Below are positions 62,216-64,000 of a DNA stretch of 64,000 nt, piece by piece. The stretch is from assembly GCA_038087875.1 (NCBI GenBank), contig CM075990.1, positions 10,106,001 to 10,170,000 on the forward strand, given 5' to 3'. Each line of letters opens with the position of its first letter. Position 1 is the stretch's first letter. Source of the stretch: Malacoraja senta (lineage: Eukaryota). Position numbers and translations under genes: made by a program. The notes under the pieces were generated by a model. The model was not told the DNA's origin and did no database searches. It was given only the letters and a program-made list of their open reading frames with translations.

Positions 62216-64000
62216 CAGCATTTATTAATCCATTTGCTTTACATTTCCTAATTCCGACGTCTTCATTAGGCAAGCTGCAAACGTTTACCACATACTAATG
62301 ATGCTCATTCCTTTCCGCTGTGCATATTGTTTTGCTTCATCATCTGTAATAAATGCTTTAAAATCTCTTCTAATTTTCACCTTGGTGTGGACAATCAATG
62401 GCAATAAAGCAGGAAAGAATGGCCATGATATCCAGTCAAATACCCCATCCCCCTCCTTTGCAAACAACTCAACGACTCACCCTAAGCTGGTAGTTGTTTA
62501 GAAGCCAAGGCAATGGATGATGTTATGGTTCAGTTACAGAGCAGCTCACAAGACTGATAACATGCCTATTTACCAAATGCTTAAATGTTAAAATCCTAGA
62601 TCATTAACTTGCTTTATCCCCAACATCAAAATCCACACTAATTCCAAGGAGGAATGAATCCAGTTTGGCTCAGGGGCTTTAAAGTGCATAACAGAAGTAA
62701 ATTGAATTGTAGCTTTGATTGCTGAAAGCGGTTCTGAGTATTGAGGTTAGAGCAATATTAATAACAGCATTGCAGTTGGTTTGCTTTGCAGTTCTGTTTA
62801 CAATAAACCATAATAACTAATGTGAAAGAACCAACACATTTTAAGTGGTTTTACTCATGGTCTGGGAATAGTTTGGGCTGATATAATCTGCCAAATTCCC
62901 AGACAGTGTTTTTGGACTAAAATTGTGCCGAAATGGATTCCGTACAAAACCTGAGATCTTTAAATTTAAATAATAATGAGACCAAATGTGCTTCTGATCA
63001 TCACCTGAACACATGAAAAAGCCAGCATGTCATGAATTGTCAATGTTCCAACGAATCTATTTATCTGCAAATATTGGCATCGTTGCCTTTACAAAGTTCA
63101 GAGTTAATATGAATCATGTCTTGTTCTGCACCTTTATTTGTTTTCTTTGGACACTTTCTACTGCAGTAGGAGCAGTGGATATTTTTGTGCTGCTTCGTAT
63201 TGGAGTCATAGAGTCATACAATGTGGAAACAGGCCCTTCGGCCCAAATTGCCCTTACTGGCCAACAGTATTCTGTTGGGAAGTTGACTACTTGCTTGGTC
63301 TGACCTGTGGGTGAGACAAGAAGGACATTGGACACTCTTGTGTGCATGGGTGTTCTGCTATCAGGCCCAACAGCAATATTGGGGTCCACAGAAGCTAGTC
63401 CTCATCCCTCGGGGACCCAGGAGGCCAGCTGACAGTGTTAGGTCCCTGGCGGATGGCCAGCATCATCTTCCCGTAAAGACAGTCAGCAATGCCAGGAGTT
63501 CCAGGAGGCTGATTGGAAAAATTGCAAGTGGGAGCTCGGGAACATTGGCATCAAGATGTTGAGGTGGTGGTAGGAACTGGCATCAAACAGGTCATGGAGA
63601 ATGGCATCAGGGAGGGTAGAGTAACGGTTGGGTTTAGACATTCCTCACTTGCCTGCAAGTCCCCCTTGTGTGAATGTGTGTTGTACATGCACCTACTCGG
63701 CCTTGTCCTCCATGCAATGCTCTATAAGAAGTGATGCACACTGAATGATGGCATCATCTATGCCCTGATGCAGAGGTCATGTTGGGTCACGAGGGTGACC
63801 CATGGTCGCTGGTGTGTCCAATCACTTTGCAATCAACAATAGGCAATCTAACTCCCAAACACACTCTCCAGTCACACCAATGATTTAAGGCGGCAACTCC
63901 ACACCTTCGCACCCATCAGGGTCGGGCAATAAATCCTGAGCTTTCCTGTGCTAAGATGAGAAGACTGTCTGGAGACACGTTTTGAGAGCCGATTGCCTGC

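Noticed and set aside
1-64000. CRISPR array or prokaryotic operon
   Set aside because: Eukaryotic intron-exon DNA; repeats are dispersed retroelements, not repeat-spacer arrays.
63290-64000. Possible old LINE coding relic
   Set aside because: GC-richer and repeat-like, but no motif I could assign with confidence.

Overview
Vertebrate genomic DNA, most likely a cartilaginous fish (skate/ray-type repeats: HE1-like V-SINEs, CR1/HER1 LINE relics, Deu-domain SINE relics). The window holds the 3' part of one large minus-strand gene for a membrane-associated collagen with interrupted triple helices (MACIT). It is best called COL13A1 from its C-terminus [22 protein letters not shown] traced 25 small phase-0 coding exons (57128 down to 3875) with AG/GT boundaries, plus a terminal exon that starts with the stop codon (2538). 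The N-terminal exons lie beyond the right edge or were not recognised. Gene oddities: two tandem paralogous 'DAPCPL' exons (probably alternative), a 33-nt exon that has lost its Gly-X-Y pattern, a 27-nt Gly-X-Y pseudo-exon with an AT donor, and no recognisable second NC3 micro-exon. The introns are full of retroelements. The most striking is a family of about 20 short single-arm or hairpin elements carrying a minimal hammerhead-ribozyme-like core (CUGAAGA-A-GGGUC-UC-GACCC-GAAAC-GUC). Several have 7-17 bp target-site duplications, and a decayed Penelope GIY-YIG endonuclease fragment lies in the same window. Almost all ORFs in the supplied track are spurious or transposon-derived. Protein comparisons are from memory, not database searches.
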